Below, piece by piece: positions 1-12,835 of a stretch of DNA of 64,000 nt. The translations under genes were made by a program, and so were the position numbers. The DNA comes from Camelus ferus. Its lineage: Eukaryota. The first letter of the stretch is position 1. The number at the start of each line of letters is the position of its first letter. The stretch spans positions 30,010,001 to 30,074,000 of the forward strand of contig NC_045696.1 of the NCBI RefSeq assembly GCF_009834535.1, in the 5' to 3' direction. The notes below the pieces were generated by a model. It saw only the letters and a program-made list of their open reading frames with translations. It had not been told where the DNA came from and searched no databases.

Positions 1-88
1 TAGAAACCAGTATCTGGGTGTTAAATGTGTTTATTGCCACTGAGGTATCACTGCTTTTAGTATCTTTCAGTGGACAGAGATAAGGAAT
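1..88 (-). mobile_element. Old L1 (L1MC/L1MD-like) 3'UTR fragment running off the window start
   Basis: 'tagaaaccagtatctgggtg...cagtggacagagataaggaa' resembles the recalled antisense L1MC/MD 3'UTR. Confidence 0.45.
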
Positions 89-128
89 ACACACACACAC
101 ACAGACACACACAAACACACACACACAC
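88..128. repeat. Imperfect (CA)n microsatellite
   Basis: acacacac... with two interruptions. Confidence 0.95.
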
Positions 129-369
129 CCCCTTATCAAAACTATGTACTGACACTACCCCTTCATTTCAAGTCCAATACCACATTTTACTTTTCTAGGA
201 CAAAACTTTTGGAGAAGGAGAAAGAGATAAAATGAAAGAGGAATGAGAGGTTCAGGAATAATTTTTCCTCACATTTATTGTGGTGAAATCTAAATGGAAG
301 ATAATTTTCCCATTTTAAGTTCAAAATAAAGAGCATTTCCTTCATCCTTAATATTTCTTTATCCTCTTA

Positions 370-1690
370 ACAGCCTCTACTGGCCTAGTCCTAGGTAACT
401 GCTAATCTGCTCTATTTTACTTTAGTTTTGCCTTTACTAGAATTAGACACAAAGGGAATCATATAGCAGGTAGTCTTTTGCATTCAACTTACTCACTTAG
501 CATAATGCATTTTAGATTATCCGTGCTGTTGCATTATCAATGATTTGTTCTCTTACTAAGTAGTATCCTACAGCATGGATATATTGCAATTTGTTTACCT
601 ATTCATCAGTTGATGACCTTTTGAGTGATTCTTTTGTTTTTATGAGTAATTCTGTTATAAACATTTGTACACAAATCTTTGCAAGAAAATATGTTCTCTT
701 TCTCTTGGGTCAGTAATTAGGACTGTGACTGCTAGGGTTTATGATGTATATGTTTAAATTAAAAGGCATTGGCAAACTTTTCAGAGTAGTTGTAATATTT
801 GGTTTCATGTACAATATATGAGAGTTCCTTCTGCGCCACATCCTCTCCAGCGCTTGGTAATGTTGGGCTTTTTAATTTTAGCCGTTCTTATGGGTATGTG
901 GTGCTATTTTATTGTGTTTTTTCTTTGTATTTCTATGATGGCTGGTACTATTACACATCTTTTCATTTGTTTATTGTACATGTGCATGTTTTCTCATAAA
1001 GAAATGCCTTTTCAAATTTTTTGCCATTTACTAATTGGGTTGTTTGTCTTGTTATTGTTGAATCATAGGAGTTATTAATGTATTCTAAATACCCATTCCT
1101 TCCCAGGTATGTTTTGCAAACATTTCTCCCAGTCTGTAGTTTGTGTTTTCTTTTCTTAACCATGTATTTCAAAGAGCACGTGTTTTTAATTTTGATGAAA
1201 CATAATTTATCATTTTTACCTTTTTATGGTTTCTGATTCTGTACATTATCTAGAAGATCATTGCCTAATGTTACATGACAGAGATTTTTCTCTTACATTC
1301 TTCCAGACGTTTTATTGTTTCAGCTTTTATGTTTAGATACAGGATATATTTTAAGGTAATTTTTGTATGTAGTGTGAAATTTGAGGTTCTTTTTTTTCAT
1401 ATATTTAGCTATCCCAGCTCCATTTGTTAAAAAGACTCTTTTCTCTTCCATTTAGTTACTTTGACAACTTGACTATATATATATATATGTCTATTTCTAG
1501 ACTTCTGCTTTATTCCATTGATCTTCAGGCATACCCTTTATCCCATATCATACATTCTTGACTAGGTTGATTATAGTAGTATAAGTTATTCAACTATGTT
1601 CTTTTTAACAACTTTTTTTGTTAAGTCCCTTTCTTTTTTATATAAATTTTGAAATAGCTTGACAATGTCTTCAAAAAATGTTAATGTTTT
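370..1690 (-). mobile_element. Old LINE-1 (L1M) 3'UTR and ORF2 C-terminal fragment
   Basis: Typical antisense L1 text ('cacttagcataatgcatttt', 'atatgagagttccttctgcgccacatcctctccagc', 'ctccatttgttaaaaagactc'); heavily decayed. Confidence 0.85.
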
Positions 1691-1804
1691 ATTCAGCCAT
1701 CTAGAGGTCATAATTCCTAGGTGATATATCCCCAAACCTATTGTTAATACCGTATAATCATATGGAAGTTGAAAATAAAGTGGACATTGACAAGTGTAAA
1801 AATA

Positions 1805-1952
1805 TGGAGAGATATTGTGTTCAAGTGACATCTTTTGAGCCTCTGAATCAAGCAGCTGTTTGATTTTCAGTTACTTGATACAATAAATTCTATCTTTTGA
1901 ACAAATCTATTTAAGTTGCTTTTTTGGGATCCCTTGCAAATAGTAGTCCTAA
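1805..1952 (+). mobile_element. MaLR LTR 3' fragment (MLT1J/K-like)
   Basis: 'tgacatcttttgagcctctgaatcaagcag...ttttcagttacttgatacaataaattc' matches the recalled MLT1J/K 3' end. Confidence 0.6.
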
Positions 1953-1959
1953 GTTTTTA

Positions 1960-2590
1960 CATTCCCATCACAGCTACTCTAGTTCAGACACTTTTTATGT
2001 CTTCCAGAATTATTGTCCCATAAATCTGTATTCATAGCTATGAGATCAGATAATTTTAAGAAGCTTCTCACCACCTCTTAAAAAAATACCAAACTTTTAA
2101 TCATGTGATTTAAGACTTTTGATTATTGGTTCTTGCTATAATTTTTGTAAACAAATTTTTTTTGTCCTCCTCTACCTCAGCTCACATATTCTTTGGTCCA
2201 ATAATATTGACTTTTTCACTCTGTGTCCAACACACCCTGGAAAAGCACTCCTTTGAACTTTTAATTAAAGTTGTTTTTGTTGCTGTTTCTAAGTTTGAGT
2301 GCTTATTCCGTTTAACTTTGACAGTTGAAACCCTAGGGATATCACATTTTCATTAACCCTACAAGTTTTACTAGATCTCATCTTAGAATGAGTCCCTCCA
2401 TTAGCCACCCTTGCAATGACTAGAGGACATTCAGCCTCTATGAAAACAATTATTACAGCCATATTTCATTATGTTTTGTGTACATATCTCTTTCCCTCTA
2501 GAATACAAACTCCTGAAGAACAAGATTCATATTTATATCCTCTAAAGTGCCTAGAAGTATGTCTTAAGGAAAGTATTTGTTAAATCAATT
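1960..2590 (+). mobile_element. L2 LINE 3' region
   Basis: Ends 'ctagaatacaaactcctgaagaacaag...aagtgcctagaa...tatttgttaaat', like the L2 3' terminus. Confidence 0.55.
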
Positions 2591-3396
2591 ACAAAAAGCA
2601 ACTTAAAGTATTCTAAATTCTTGAAAAAAATCTAAAATACAAACTTTTCAGCTTCAAAAATAACTGACCCTTATTGTCTTGTTTCTTTGTGGTTTCCTTG
2701 AACTTAAGAATTTGGGGGTCTCTTTTCAACATTATAAGTCTTTTATTTTGGAAGGGTGATTTTGTTGTTATTTCTGGTCTTTTAGCTCAAAGATATATAT
2801 ATATATAATATAGGGTTTCTCTTTTTTAGGATCACAGGGACTGAGTATACATCCTAATAAGACCAAAGATACTTAAATTATAACTTATTTGCATTATCTC
2901 TATGCAAGCCTAGGTATATTAATACACTGATACACATTTGTCAACAAAATATGATTTCACAGTTAATATTGCACAAATGGAAAACTCTCTAAAAATTTAA
3001 TGTATTTTATACCCATATCAGAAGTTTTTAATCTATCTTGTTAGGTTGCTACTTTTCTCACCTCTTTATTTTAGTATTAGATGCTAGCTGGTAATTGTCA
3101 GTAAAGATCTACTGAGTCCACTTTGGGGTCTATTCTTGTAACTAAAGAAGTTCTTTAATTTGGGAATTTATAAAGATGGCCAAGAGAGAAAATGAATTCA
3201 CAGCATGTATAGGGACTACATAAACTTATCCACATAGAGTTTACTTAAATGCAACCTGTATAAAATTCTCTATGATAGTTTTCTTTCTTTTTAAATCTTA
3301 TTTTCAATACCTCAGAAAAGGGGCAGATATTCTTAGCCTGATATGGCCAAGATAATTGTGTGTGTCCTGGTTCTTTTACTGTCATTAAGGTTGTGC

Positions 3397-3951
3397 TAGT
3401 GGTATGACAGAACTGGCTTGTATTGGTTCCCAGGAGACAAATGTTAAAAAGTGCAGAAATTTTGCATGTCAGCTGTTAAAACACTGATAGTTTAAATTTT
3501 GCCATGGTGTAAGTATTCACACCATAAACAGTAGCATGTGCTACTGACTTAGGATTCCCAGTGTCTTAGTCTGTTGGAACAGCTGTAACAAGAATGTCAT
3601 AGACTGAGTGGCTTAAACAATAAACATTTATTTCTAGCAATTATGGAGGCTGAGAAGTCTAAGATCAAGGCACATACTTGGTATCTGGTGAGGGATTACT
3701 TCCTGGTTCATAGATGGCCACTTTCTTGCCATGTCGTCACATGATAGAGGGGTAAGGGAGTTCTATAAGGTCTCTTTAATAAGGGCATTAGTTCCATTCA
3801 AGAGGTCTCTACCATCATGACCTAATCACCTACCAAAGGCCTCATCTCCAAATACCATCACACTGGGGATGAAACTGCACATATAAATGGCATTGAGCAC
3901 TGCACCTACTTATCCATCTATACAGGAAAGTGGTTTACAAATATACCACTG
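3397..3951 (+). mobile_element. MER63-like hAT-Blackjack non-autonomous DNA transposon, split by an MLT1A LTR
   Basis: Inverted termini tagtggtatg (3397) and ataccactg (3951); internal 'gccatggtgtaagtattcacacca' resembles MER63. Confidence 0.7.
3562..3904 (-). mobile_element. MaLR solo LTR (MLT1A-like)
   Basis: 'tgtcttagtc...gaagtctaagatcaagg...acctaatcacctaccaaaggcctcatctccaaataccatcacactgggg'; TG...CA ends. Confidence 0.9.
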
Positions 3952-6267
3952 ATTACTATAGTTATGGGTACTCTTTTTTTGTTTTATGCTGTCTTGTTCC
4001 ACTGGTTTATCTCAAGGGTCTTAAACTTTCTCAGTGTAATTATCCCCTTGGTACTCTTGCAGGGTACTCTCTCCTCTAACTAGTGGGTGTTTAAGACATC
4101 CAGCTCCACCACTACCCAGGCCCTTCCTCAGAGTATACACGTGACCTTGGGGAGTTGTGGTTTGCTCTCCAATTGGTGTGAAGTGAAGTCTGGCAGACCT
4201 AATATGCTTTGTTCATATAGTTTAGTCAAACAGTGAAGTGTTGGTGCAGAAAGCATTAACTGAGCTTAGCAAACTAAGATTTAAGTTTTTTAAAGCTCTT
4301 GGCAAAAGAACAATTCTTCTGAAAGTGGTCCTTACTAGAGTCCTTGTTACAAATCCATGATTGATAACATTCTTTATTCTACTTTGCTCCTATCCTCATT
4401 CAAACTTCTCTTTATTACAGTTTCAAAACAGGAGTTGAAATGCTCTTTCCCTGTATTTGTTATTGCTGGACAGATCATAATCTCATTGAGGTTTCTTTCT
4501 AATATTTAGATCTTTCCCAATGCAGTATGCTCAATATTACTTACCTGCAGATTCTCTCTCTAAATCTCCAAAACAGACTTTACGAACCAGCTTCTCCAGT
4601 CATCAGTGCTTAGCCACCAGTAGGATTAAATTTGCTCACAATGTGATGAAACACATAGGGAAACTGGAACTAGGATTCTAGGGTGTAGCTATGCCATGGT
4701 CGTCCTCACCATGAGCAAAGCTCCTCCTGCCACTCCGCCTCTGGGGACAAAAAAGGATGGTCAGAGGGAACACTTACTCTGAAGTACAAGGAGGAGAGAA
4801 TGAATGCCTAGTCTTCAAAAGTGCTCGGACCTGAATCCTCAACTCCAGTCACGTGGTAGAGAGCTTGGCTCACTCTTCTGGGGTTGGGTGAAGAGGTTTG
4901 TTCAATTGATGTTTACGTGATACTTCTGCTTTGAGGGAATTCTTTATTATTGCTGAATATGGAAGCCTGAGACAGGAGGTCTCAGAATTTGGAGGGCATT
5001 GGTTATCTCTGTGGGCAGTACTGAGTTTAGGTTAGTCTTGTCATCCACTTTTAAGGGCAGGGAATATCTTCATCTATCTTCTCTTCTGTCTGAGAAATGC
5101 TATGTCTGTATATTTATATATAGTCTGAGAATTTTTCACACAGAAACTTACTGGGGAGAACAAAACAAAGGGTGAGCTCTGTCTTCTTTAGTTTTGCCCG
5201 TTGTTTCTTGGATCTTCTTTCTTCCTTCATTACCATTTTGCATTTATTGATATACATGGAATCCTCTGTTTTAAAAAAATAGAAGAAGTTGGGATGAAGA
5301 TGGGGGAATTAATTAGAATGGATCTTTAAAAATTGTAGAGGATGGCACTGTGTCTATTCCTGTCTGACCTATACTGAATTTGAACTTCTCCAGTTAATAT
5401 ATGAGGAGTGGAAATGGATGGATCCTTTTTTGATGAGAGGTTTAGACTAAATCTCACAAGTATAATCACTGACAAAGACAAACTCTCTTACAGCCTGAGA
5501 GACACTGAACCCTTGAGAAGGCAGCAAACCATGAAGCTATTCTCCAAACAATTTATCTGACTTCATGAAGTTAAGGGGGTCATAAAGGAATGGTTTTAGG
5601 ACGGTGTGAAAGATGCATCATCTGTTACGGGAAATGGATCCTTAACCCATATATGCTCACATTTTTCACTTAGAATTCAGAAAACTTAAATTTCAGATTG
5701 AAAAACCTGTACTTCCCTTTTTCCCACCTTTATATTCAGCTTTTCTCAGCCCTCAGGGTTGTCTCAAAAGGCCTAGTAACTACAGTGGTTATTCTCAGAA
5801 ACTGTTTTTCACAGAAAAAGGAGATGTTTAGAAAATATTAATCATTATTCTATTTAAAACTTCATTATGCTCCATACAGATATATTTTAAATCCCAATAA
5901 AGAGTGGGATTTTCCAATTATGAATGCTTAACATCAGTGAAAATGTACTAATTAACAGAGAGAAATTTTTTTTTTTTCAAGAACTTATATTGTCTTCATA
6001 GGTAGAGCTCTGTTCTTTGGTCTTTACTCCTGCAAAAAAACAAAGATATTTTAAAAACATTTTTATTATAGGACAGAAGGTTTTTATATAGGTTAGAGGA
6101 TTTATACTATAAATTAAAAGTGATTTCCTTTTGGTTAGATTTTATATGCTTTTTAAAAGTTGTTTAAGCTAAATATTCTTTAAACAAATTTAACACCTGG
6201 AGACAAATGTGCAGATATAATAAATTAGGAGATTATCACTTTAATAAAAAGTTTTCACTAAGTTATT

Positions 6268-6682
6268 TATAGTGATCGCTGTAGCGTGTCACCCAGATCA
6301 GTTCCCCCACTGTTGCAGGTATTACCTGCAGATTCTTCGTAGCTAGTTCCACCCTCAGGAATTGCTGTCAGACAAATGAGATTACCTCGTCCATGTTTCT
6401 GTTTTCCCTAGGGCAGCTTGTATATCTTGACTGAGTCATGTTGGGAATAAACTGTTTGGCTCCCTTGTGTTTTGTGGGTACAACTATGAACTATTACAGC
6501 TTCAGAAGTCTCCTTGGAAATGGCTGTCTTTTGTTACAATAGAATTACAACTCAACTTCCTCCTCTGTCCTTTCCTGCTTGCCCCACTCCTCCACAGGTG
6601 TTGATCCCAAGCACATTAAACTCCTTTCATTTAAATCTCTGTCCCCAGTTCTGCTCTGCAGCAAATGAAATCTGACCTAAGA
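6268..6682 (+). mobile_element. ERV-L 5' LTR (LTR16-type)
   Basis: LTR16-like blocks 'cccagatc', 'ctcaggaattgc', 'caacttcctcctctgtcc', 'gacctaaga'; homologous to 18476-18854. Confidence 0.85.
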
Positions 6683-7226
6683 GTTGGTGCCGGAATCTGA
6701 GACTTCCAAGGAAACAGATTCTAAGAGATCTGGGGGCTTAGTCACCTGCTAGCCAGATAGCAATGCATCCCTTATTATGGGTGATGAATGCAATGATAAT
6801 ATTCCCAGGAATGTTGTGATTGTGCAATTGTTAAAATATTCACTAATGGTCAACTAGGGTAACATACCAGTAGAAAGAAGTGCACTGATGAGTACAATAA
6901 CTTCAATGATTGAGAAGTTCAGAACAAGCAGTAAATATAGGACAATGGAACTGGATGGCTACTGCTGAATGTCATCAATTTCCTGGGAAAGACAGACAGA
7001 GGCTTTGGTTATTAAACACCAATTTAAAATGAAATGTGAAAACCAGAGTATCTTCTTGGCAGAATATGAAGAGACTCTCATCTCCTACAGTCAGATATAA
7101 AAAGCAAAGGATCAGACTCAGTACCTAATTACAAGGAGAGGAGAACTTTAGAGAAGACTGAATTATCAGCTGTGGCAAATATGCTATGCTAAGGTTAGGG
7201 TCTTGTTTGGAAAAGAGCGAAACCCC
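6683..7226 (+). mobile_element. ERV-L internal region, leader and gag start (decayed)
   Basis: Ends 'aaggttagggtcttgtttggaaaagag' = KVRVLFGKE, similar to ERV-L gag KVRALIGKEWDP. Confidence 0.7.
6685..6695 (+). other. Decayed retroviral primer-binding site (tRNA-Leu type)
   Basis: TGGTGCCGGAA directly after the 5' LTR; ERV-L elements prime with tRNA-Leu. Confidence 0.55.
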
Positions 7227-7711
7227 TTTTTCCTCCCCCAGCTTTACTGAGATAGAATTACATACAACATTATGTAACTTAAGGTTTACAGCATGATGAT
7301 TTGATATACGTATATATTGCAAAATGATATCCATAATAAGGTATATTAATACAGCCATCATGTCACATGTTTACTAATTTTTATGGTGAGAACCTTTAAG
7401 ACCTACTTCTTAGCAACTTTCATTATATAATATGGTATTGTTAACTATAGTTACTGTGCTGTACGTTAGACCCCCAGAGCTTACTCTTATAACTGGAAGT
7501 TCATACCCTTTGACCAACATCACCCCATTTCTCCAGCCCCCAAGCAACCACCAATCTAATTCTTGTTTCTGTGAATTCATTTCTTTTTAGAATTCCCACA
7601 TATATGTGAGATCCTATGGTATTTTTCTTTTCCTATCTGATTTATTTCATTTAGCATAATGCCCTCAAGATGCAACCATGAAGTCACAAATGACGGCATT
7701 TCCTTCTTTTT

Positions 7712-10700
7712 TTTGTCTTTAATTTCTTCATTGACCTATTGATTTTTTTTTTTTTTTTTTGGAGCATGCTGTTTAGTCTCCATGTGTTCGTATCGTTCCC
7801 AGTTTTCTTCTTGTAATTGATTTCCTGTTTCATACCATTGTGGTTGGAAGGAATGCTTCTTATGATTTCTATCCTCTTAAATTTGTTGAGATGTGTTTTA
7901 TGGCCTAGCATGTGATATATCCTGGGGAATGTTCCATGTGCACTTGAAAGAAATGTATATTCTGTTGTTTTTAGATGGAATGTCCTGTAGATGTCTATTA
8001 AGTCCAATGGGTCTATTTTGTCATATAGGAACCCTGTTGCCTTATTGGTTTTGTCTGGATGATCTGTCCATTTATATAAGTGGGATGTTAAAGTCTCTTA
8101 TTATTATATTGTCAATTTTCCCCTTTATGTCTGTTCATATTTGCTTTATATATTTAGGCATTCCTATATTATGTGCATATATGCTAATGAATGTTATGTC
8201 CATTTCTTTAGTGATTCCTTTATCATTATGTAATGCCCTTCTTTGTCCTTTGTTATAGACTTTGATTTAAAGTGTACTTTGCTTAATATGAGTATATCAA
8301 TACTCCAGCTTTCCTGTCATTTTCATTTGCAAGGAATATTTTTTTTACCCATTCATGTTAGCCCTGAAGTGAGTCTCTTGTAAGCAGCCTATAGATAGAT
8401 GGGTCTTGTTTTTTGATCCAATCAGCCACTCTATGTCTTTTGATTGGAGCATTTACTCCATTGACATTTAAAGTGATTATTGATAGGTATGTACTTATTG
8501 CCATTTTATTTTTATTTTCTGATTGTTTTTATAGTTATTATCTGTTCTTGTCTTTTAGTTTCTTCCATTGTATTTATTTATTTTCTTTAGTGGTATGCTT
8601 GGTTTGTTTGTCTCTAATTTTGTGTATTTATTGTAGGTTTTCGATTTATGGTTACCATGGGGTTCATATATGTTGACCTTTAACTGTATCTACTTGTTTT
8701 AACTGATAGTCATTTAAATTCAAACTATCTAAAAGGCCTAAAGATACATTTTTTTTAATGTCTCTCCCTCAACGTTTTGTGTTTTTGATGTCATATTTTA
8801 CATCTTCATGTTTATTCCTTAACTATTTATTGTAATAATAGTTGATTTTATAATTTCTGTCTTTTAATCTTCGTGCTTGCTTGTTTAAGTGGTTGATTCA
8901 TAGCCTTTACTATATATTTGCCTTTGCTAGTGGGATTTTTCCTTTTGTATAATTCTTATTTCTTGTTGGAGGCTTTTCTTTTTCACTTAAAAAAGACCCT
9001 TTAACATATCTTTTAGGGCCAGTTTAGTATTTGTAAACTCTTTTAGTTTTTGCTTATCTGTGAAGTTCTTTATCTCTCCTTCAATTCTGAACGATAATTT
9101 TGCTGCGTAGAGTATCCTAGGTTGTAGGTTTTTTCTCTTTCAGTACTTTAAATGTATCATGCTGTTCCCTTCTTGCCTGCAAAGTTTCTGCAGAAAAATC
9201 AGCTGATAGCCTTATGGAGATTTCCTTATATGTGATCATTTTTACTTAGCTGCATTTAGAAATCTCTCTTTATCTTTAACTTTTGCCATTTTTTACTATG
9301 ATGTGTCTTAGTTTGGATCTCTTTGAGATCCTCTTGTTTGGGACTCTTTTGTGATTCCTGTTCCCGGATACATGTTTTCTTCTTCAGTTTTGGGAAGTTT
9401 TCAACCTTTTGATCTTCATCTCTTTATCTTCTCCTTTTGGGACTCATATAATACAAATGTTAGCACACTTGATGTTCCAGAGATCCCTTAAACTGTTCTC
9501 ATTTTTGCTTTCTTTTTGCTGTTCTGATTGAGTGATTTCCTTTTTTTTTTTTAACTTTCAGATCACTAATGTGTTCTTAAAGAACACCTAGCCTGCTATT
9601 CATTCTTTCTAGTATGTTTTTCATTTCAGTTATTATGTTCTTCAACTCTGACTAGTTGTTTCTTATATTTTCTAGTTCCTTTTTAAAATTCTCACTGTGT
9701 TCATCTATTCTTTCCCCCAATTCAATTAGCAGGTTTTTTTTTTTTTTTTTTAGCTAATGCTTTGAACTCTTTTTTTTTTTCTAGTAAATTGTTTATCTCT
9801 GTTTCATTGATTGTATTTTCAGATTTTTTAAAAATTTGAAACAAAGTCTTCTGTCTTCTCACTTTGATTGACTTTCTCTGTCTCTTTGAAATTAGGTGAA
9901 AACAGTTACCTACCCTTGTCTTGAAGTGTCAGCTTTGTGTGGGAGCATATCCACAGTCTACATGTCTCCAGAGGCATTGGTGGGAGAGCTGGATCTGAAG
10001 TGAGCATGGGTCACATCTCCCCCCAGGGTATGCTGCCAGGTATCACTTTGGTTGGAGATAGGGCTGGAAATGGAGGGCTAGAGCCGGAGCCAGGTGTGAG
10101 CCAGTGCTTATCCTATGCTCAGTGGTTGTCACCACCTGTCGGGGTGGGGTTGTATCCCAAGTTGCTGGAGCAGAAGCCCTGAGGCTTGAGTCCGAGCTGG
10201 TTTGGCTCCCTCTAAGTGTGAGCTCTCCCACTCACAGTAACAGCATCTTCAACCCAGAGAGGAGCAGTGCTGGAGCAGGATGGGCCAGAACAGATGCCAG
10301 GTGTGGGCTGGGTTACTCAGTAGGATGGTCCTAGCACACCAGTCAGAGTTCCAGACCACTCCAGATCTGTCTCCTCTTTGAATGCCTAAAATGGTTGCAT
10401 TTGCTCTCTTGGGGTGCCATATTTGGCCCAGGCTCACTTTGTCTACCATAGCTGTGTACTTCCCTTGGCAAATGCAACTTTCTCCCTAGTGTGGAGTTGC
10501 ATTGGAGCCAGAGGGGCCAGTTTGGGCACTCAGTGTGGGCTGGGGTGTGCAAAACTGCTCCCAATCTGTCACCTCCAGGAACATCAGTAATGGTTGACTT
10601 TGCCCCAATTGGATGCCATGCTGGATCTGAGCCCTCTCTGTGTTCCCCCCAAATATGCACTCTTTTTAGCAGGGGCAACATTTGCCCTATTGTAGAGCTG

Positions 10701-11228
10701 GCCAGAGCTAAAAGTGCTGGAGTGGGCACTTGGCAGTGATATGGGACATGGTCTAGGGCAATTGTAGGAAACCAGCCAGAATCCTGGACAGTTTCAATCT
10801 GCTTCCTTCACCTTGTTTCCAGGAGTAAGCAAACATGTGCATGCTCTTCATAAGTGGTCTAGATTTCTTACAGCCTTCCTGTAAGTCCCACTGGTATTCA
10901 GACTAGCTAATGAGACTTGTCTTCCTGGTATCAAATCAAAGGCCTAGGGACCCCAACATGTGGTTTGAATTGCTCACTCCCCAAGGAAGATCTCTAAGCC
11001 TGATTAATCCCCCTCCTCTTCTGTGTCCCCTCCTAGTGGCACAGGTCCCAATCTGATTTCTTTTCTTCCCTTCCTACCTGACTCCACATGAGTCTTTCTT
11101 TATAGCTTTTGTTGCATAAGACTCTTTTTGGCAGTCTCCAGTTTGTTTTCAGTAAGAATTTCTCCATAAGTATTTTTGATGTGTTTGGGGAGGGAGGTGA
11201 GCACAACTTCCTCCTGCTCCATCATCTC
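7712..11228 (-). mobile_element. Nested LINE-1: 5'UTR + ORF1 + ORF2 endonuclease, 3'-truncated
   Basis: ORF 7684-8007 = L1 endonuclease (DLIDIYRTFH..TEYTF.SSAHGTF); L1 5' terminus 'gatgatggagcaggaggaagttgtgctcacctcc' on the minus strand near 11228. Confidence 0.88.
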
Positions 11229-12468
11229 CAGGATTTCTTTTCTTTTATGGCCAAATAATATTCCATTGTACATATGTATACCATATTTTCTTTGTCCATT
11301 CAATGACTGACAGACACTTAGGTTGTATTTAGGCCTTGACTATTGGAAAAAAAATACTGCAATAAACACAAGGGTGTGGATATCTCTTTCAGAGAATAAT
11401 TTAATTTCATTTGGATATATGCCCAGAAGTGAGATTTCTGGAGCATATGGTAGTTCTATTTTTAATTTCTTGAGGAGCCATAATACTGTTTTCCATAGTG
11501 ATTGTACTAATTTATATTCTCACCAACAGTGCACGAGGGTTTCCTTTTCTCTGCATCCTCACCAGCACTTGTTATCTTGTCTTTTTAATAATAGCCATTC
11601 TAACAGGTGTGAGGTGATTGATTTGCATTTCCCTGATGATTAGTGATACTGACCACCTTTTCATGTACCTATCAGCTATTTGTTTACTTCTTTGGAAAAT
11701 GTCTATTTAGGTCTTTTGCACATTTATAATCAGATTATTTGTGTTTTCATTTTTTCACTATTGATTGTATGAGTTCCATATATTTTGGATATTAAGTTCT
11801 TATCAGAGATACGATTTACAATGATATTCCCATTTTATAGGTTGCCTTTTCATTTGTTTACCATTTCTTTTGCTACACAGAAGTTTTTTCATTTGATATA
11901 TTCCTGCAAATTTATTTTTGTTTTTGTTACTTGTACTTTGGTGTCATAGCTAAAAATCATCGCCCAGACCATTGCCCTGATCTTAGAGAAAAGGGTTTCA
12001 ACCTTTTACCATTGAATTTGTTAGCTATAAGCTTGTCGTATATGGCTTTTATTATGTTAAGGTACATTCCTTCTATACCCAATTTGTTGAGTTTTTATTG
12101 TGAAAGGATGTTGATTTTTGTCAAATCCTTTTCCTGCATCTATTGAGATGGTTGTATGATTTTTATCTTTCATTCTATCAATGTGATGTATCGTGTTGAT
12201 TGATTTGCGTATGTTGAGCTATCCGTACATCCTAGGGATAAATCCCACTTGGTGTATGATCATTTTAATTACTGTTGAATTTGGTTTGTTAGTATATTAT
12301 TAAGAATTTTTGTATCTGTGCTCACCAAGGATATAGGCATGTAATTTTCTTTTTCTGTAATATTTTTGTCTGATTTTGGTCTTAGGATAATGCTGGCCTC
12401 ATAAAATGAGTTTGATAGTGTTCCCTCCCCTTCTATTTTTTGTAATAGTTTGAGATGGATAGGTGTTG

Positions 12469-12692
12469 CAGTTGACCCTTGAACAAAATAGGGGTTAGGG
12501 GACTGATCCACCCCCTGACGCAGTCAAAATTCTGTGTATAACTTTATAGTCATCCTTTTGTATCTGTGGTTCTGCATCCACTGATTCAACCAACCACGGG
12601 TCATGTAGTACTGTAGTATGTATTTATTTAAAAAAAATGTACAGATAAGTAGATCTATGATGTTCAAACACATGTTGTTCAAGGGTCAACCG
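12469..12692. mobile_element. Tigger2/MER8-like TcMar MITE
   Basis: TIRs cagttgacccttgaacaa / ttgttcaagggtcaaccg; flanked by TG and TA (TA TSD with one change); interrupts L1 ORF2. Confidence 0.92.
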
Positions 12693-12741
12693 TAATTCTT
12701 TTTTGAATATTTGGTAGAACTTACTTGTGAAATCATTGAGC

Positions 12742-12835
12742 TTTCTTTGTTAGGTGGTTTTTAATATCTGTTTCTATCTCCTTAGTCATTTCTTTGTTAG
12801 GTGGTTTTTGATATCTGTTTCTATCTCCTTAGTCA
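12742..12835. repeat. 47-bp tandem duplication
   Basis: 12742-12788 and 12789-12835 identical at 46/47 positions. Confidence 0.97.

Noticed and set aside
9900..11228. GC-rich block as a CpG-island promoter
   Set aside because: It is a CpG-depleted L1 5'UTR; the same applies to 14140-14735 and 53560-54490.
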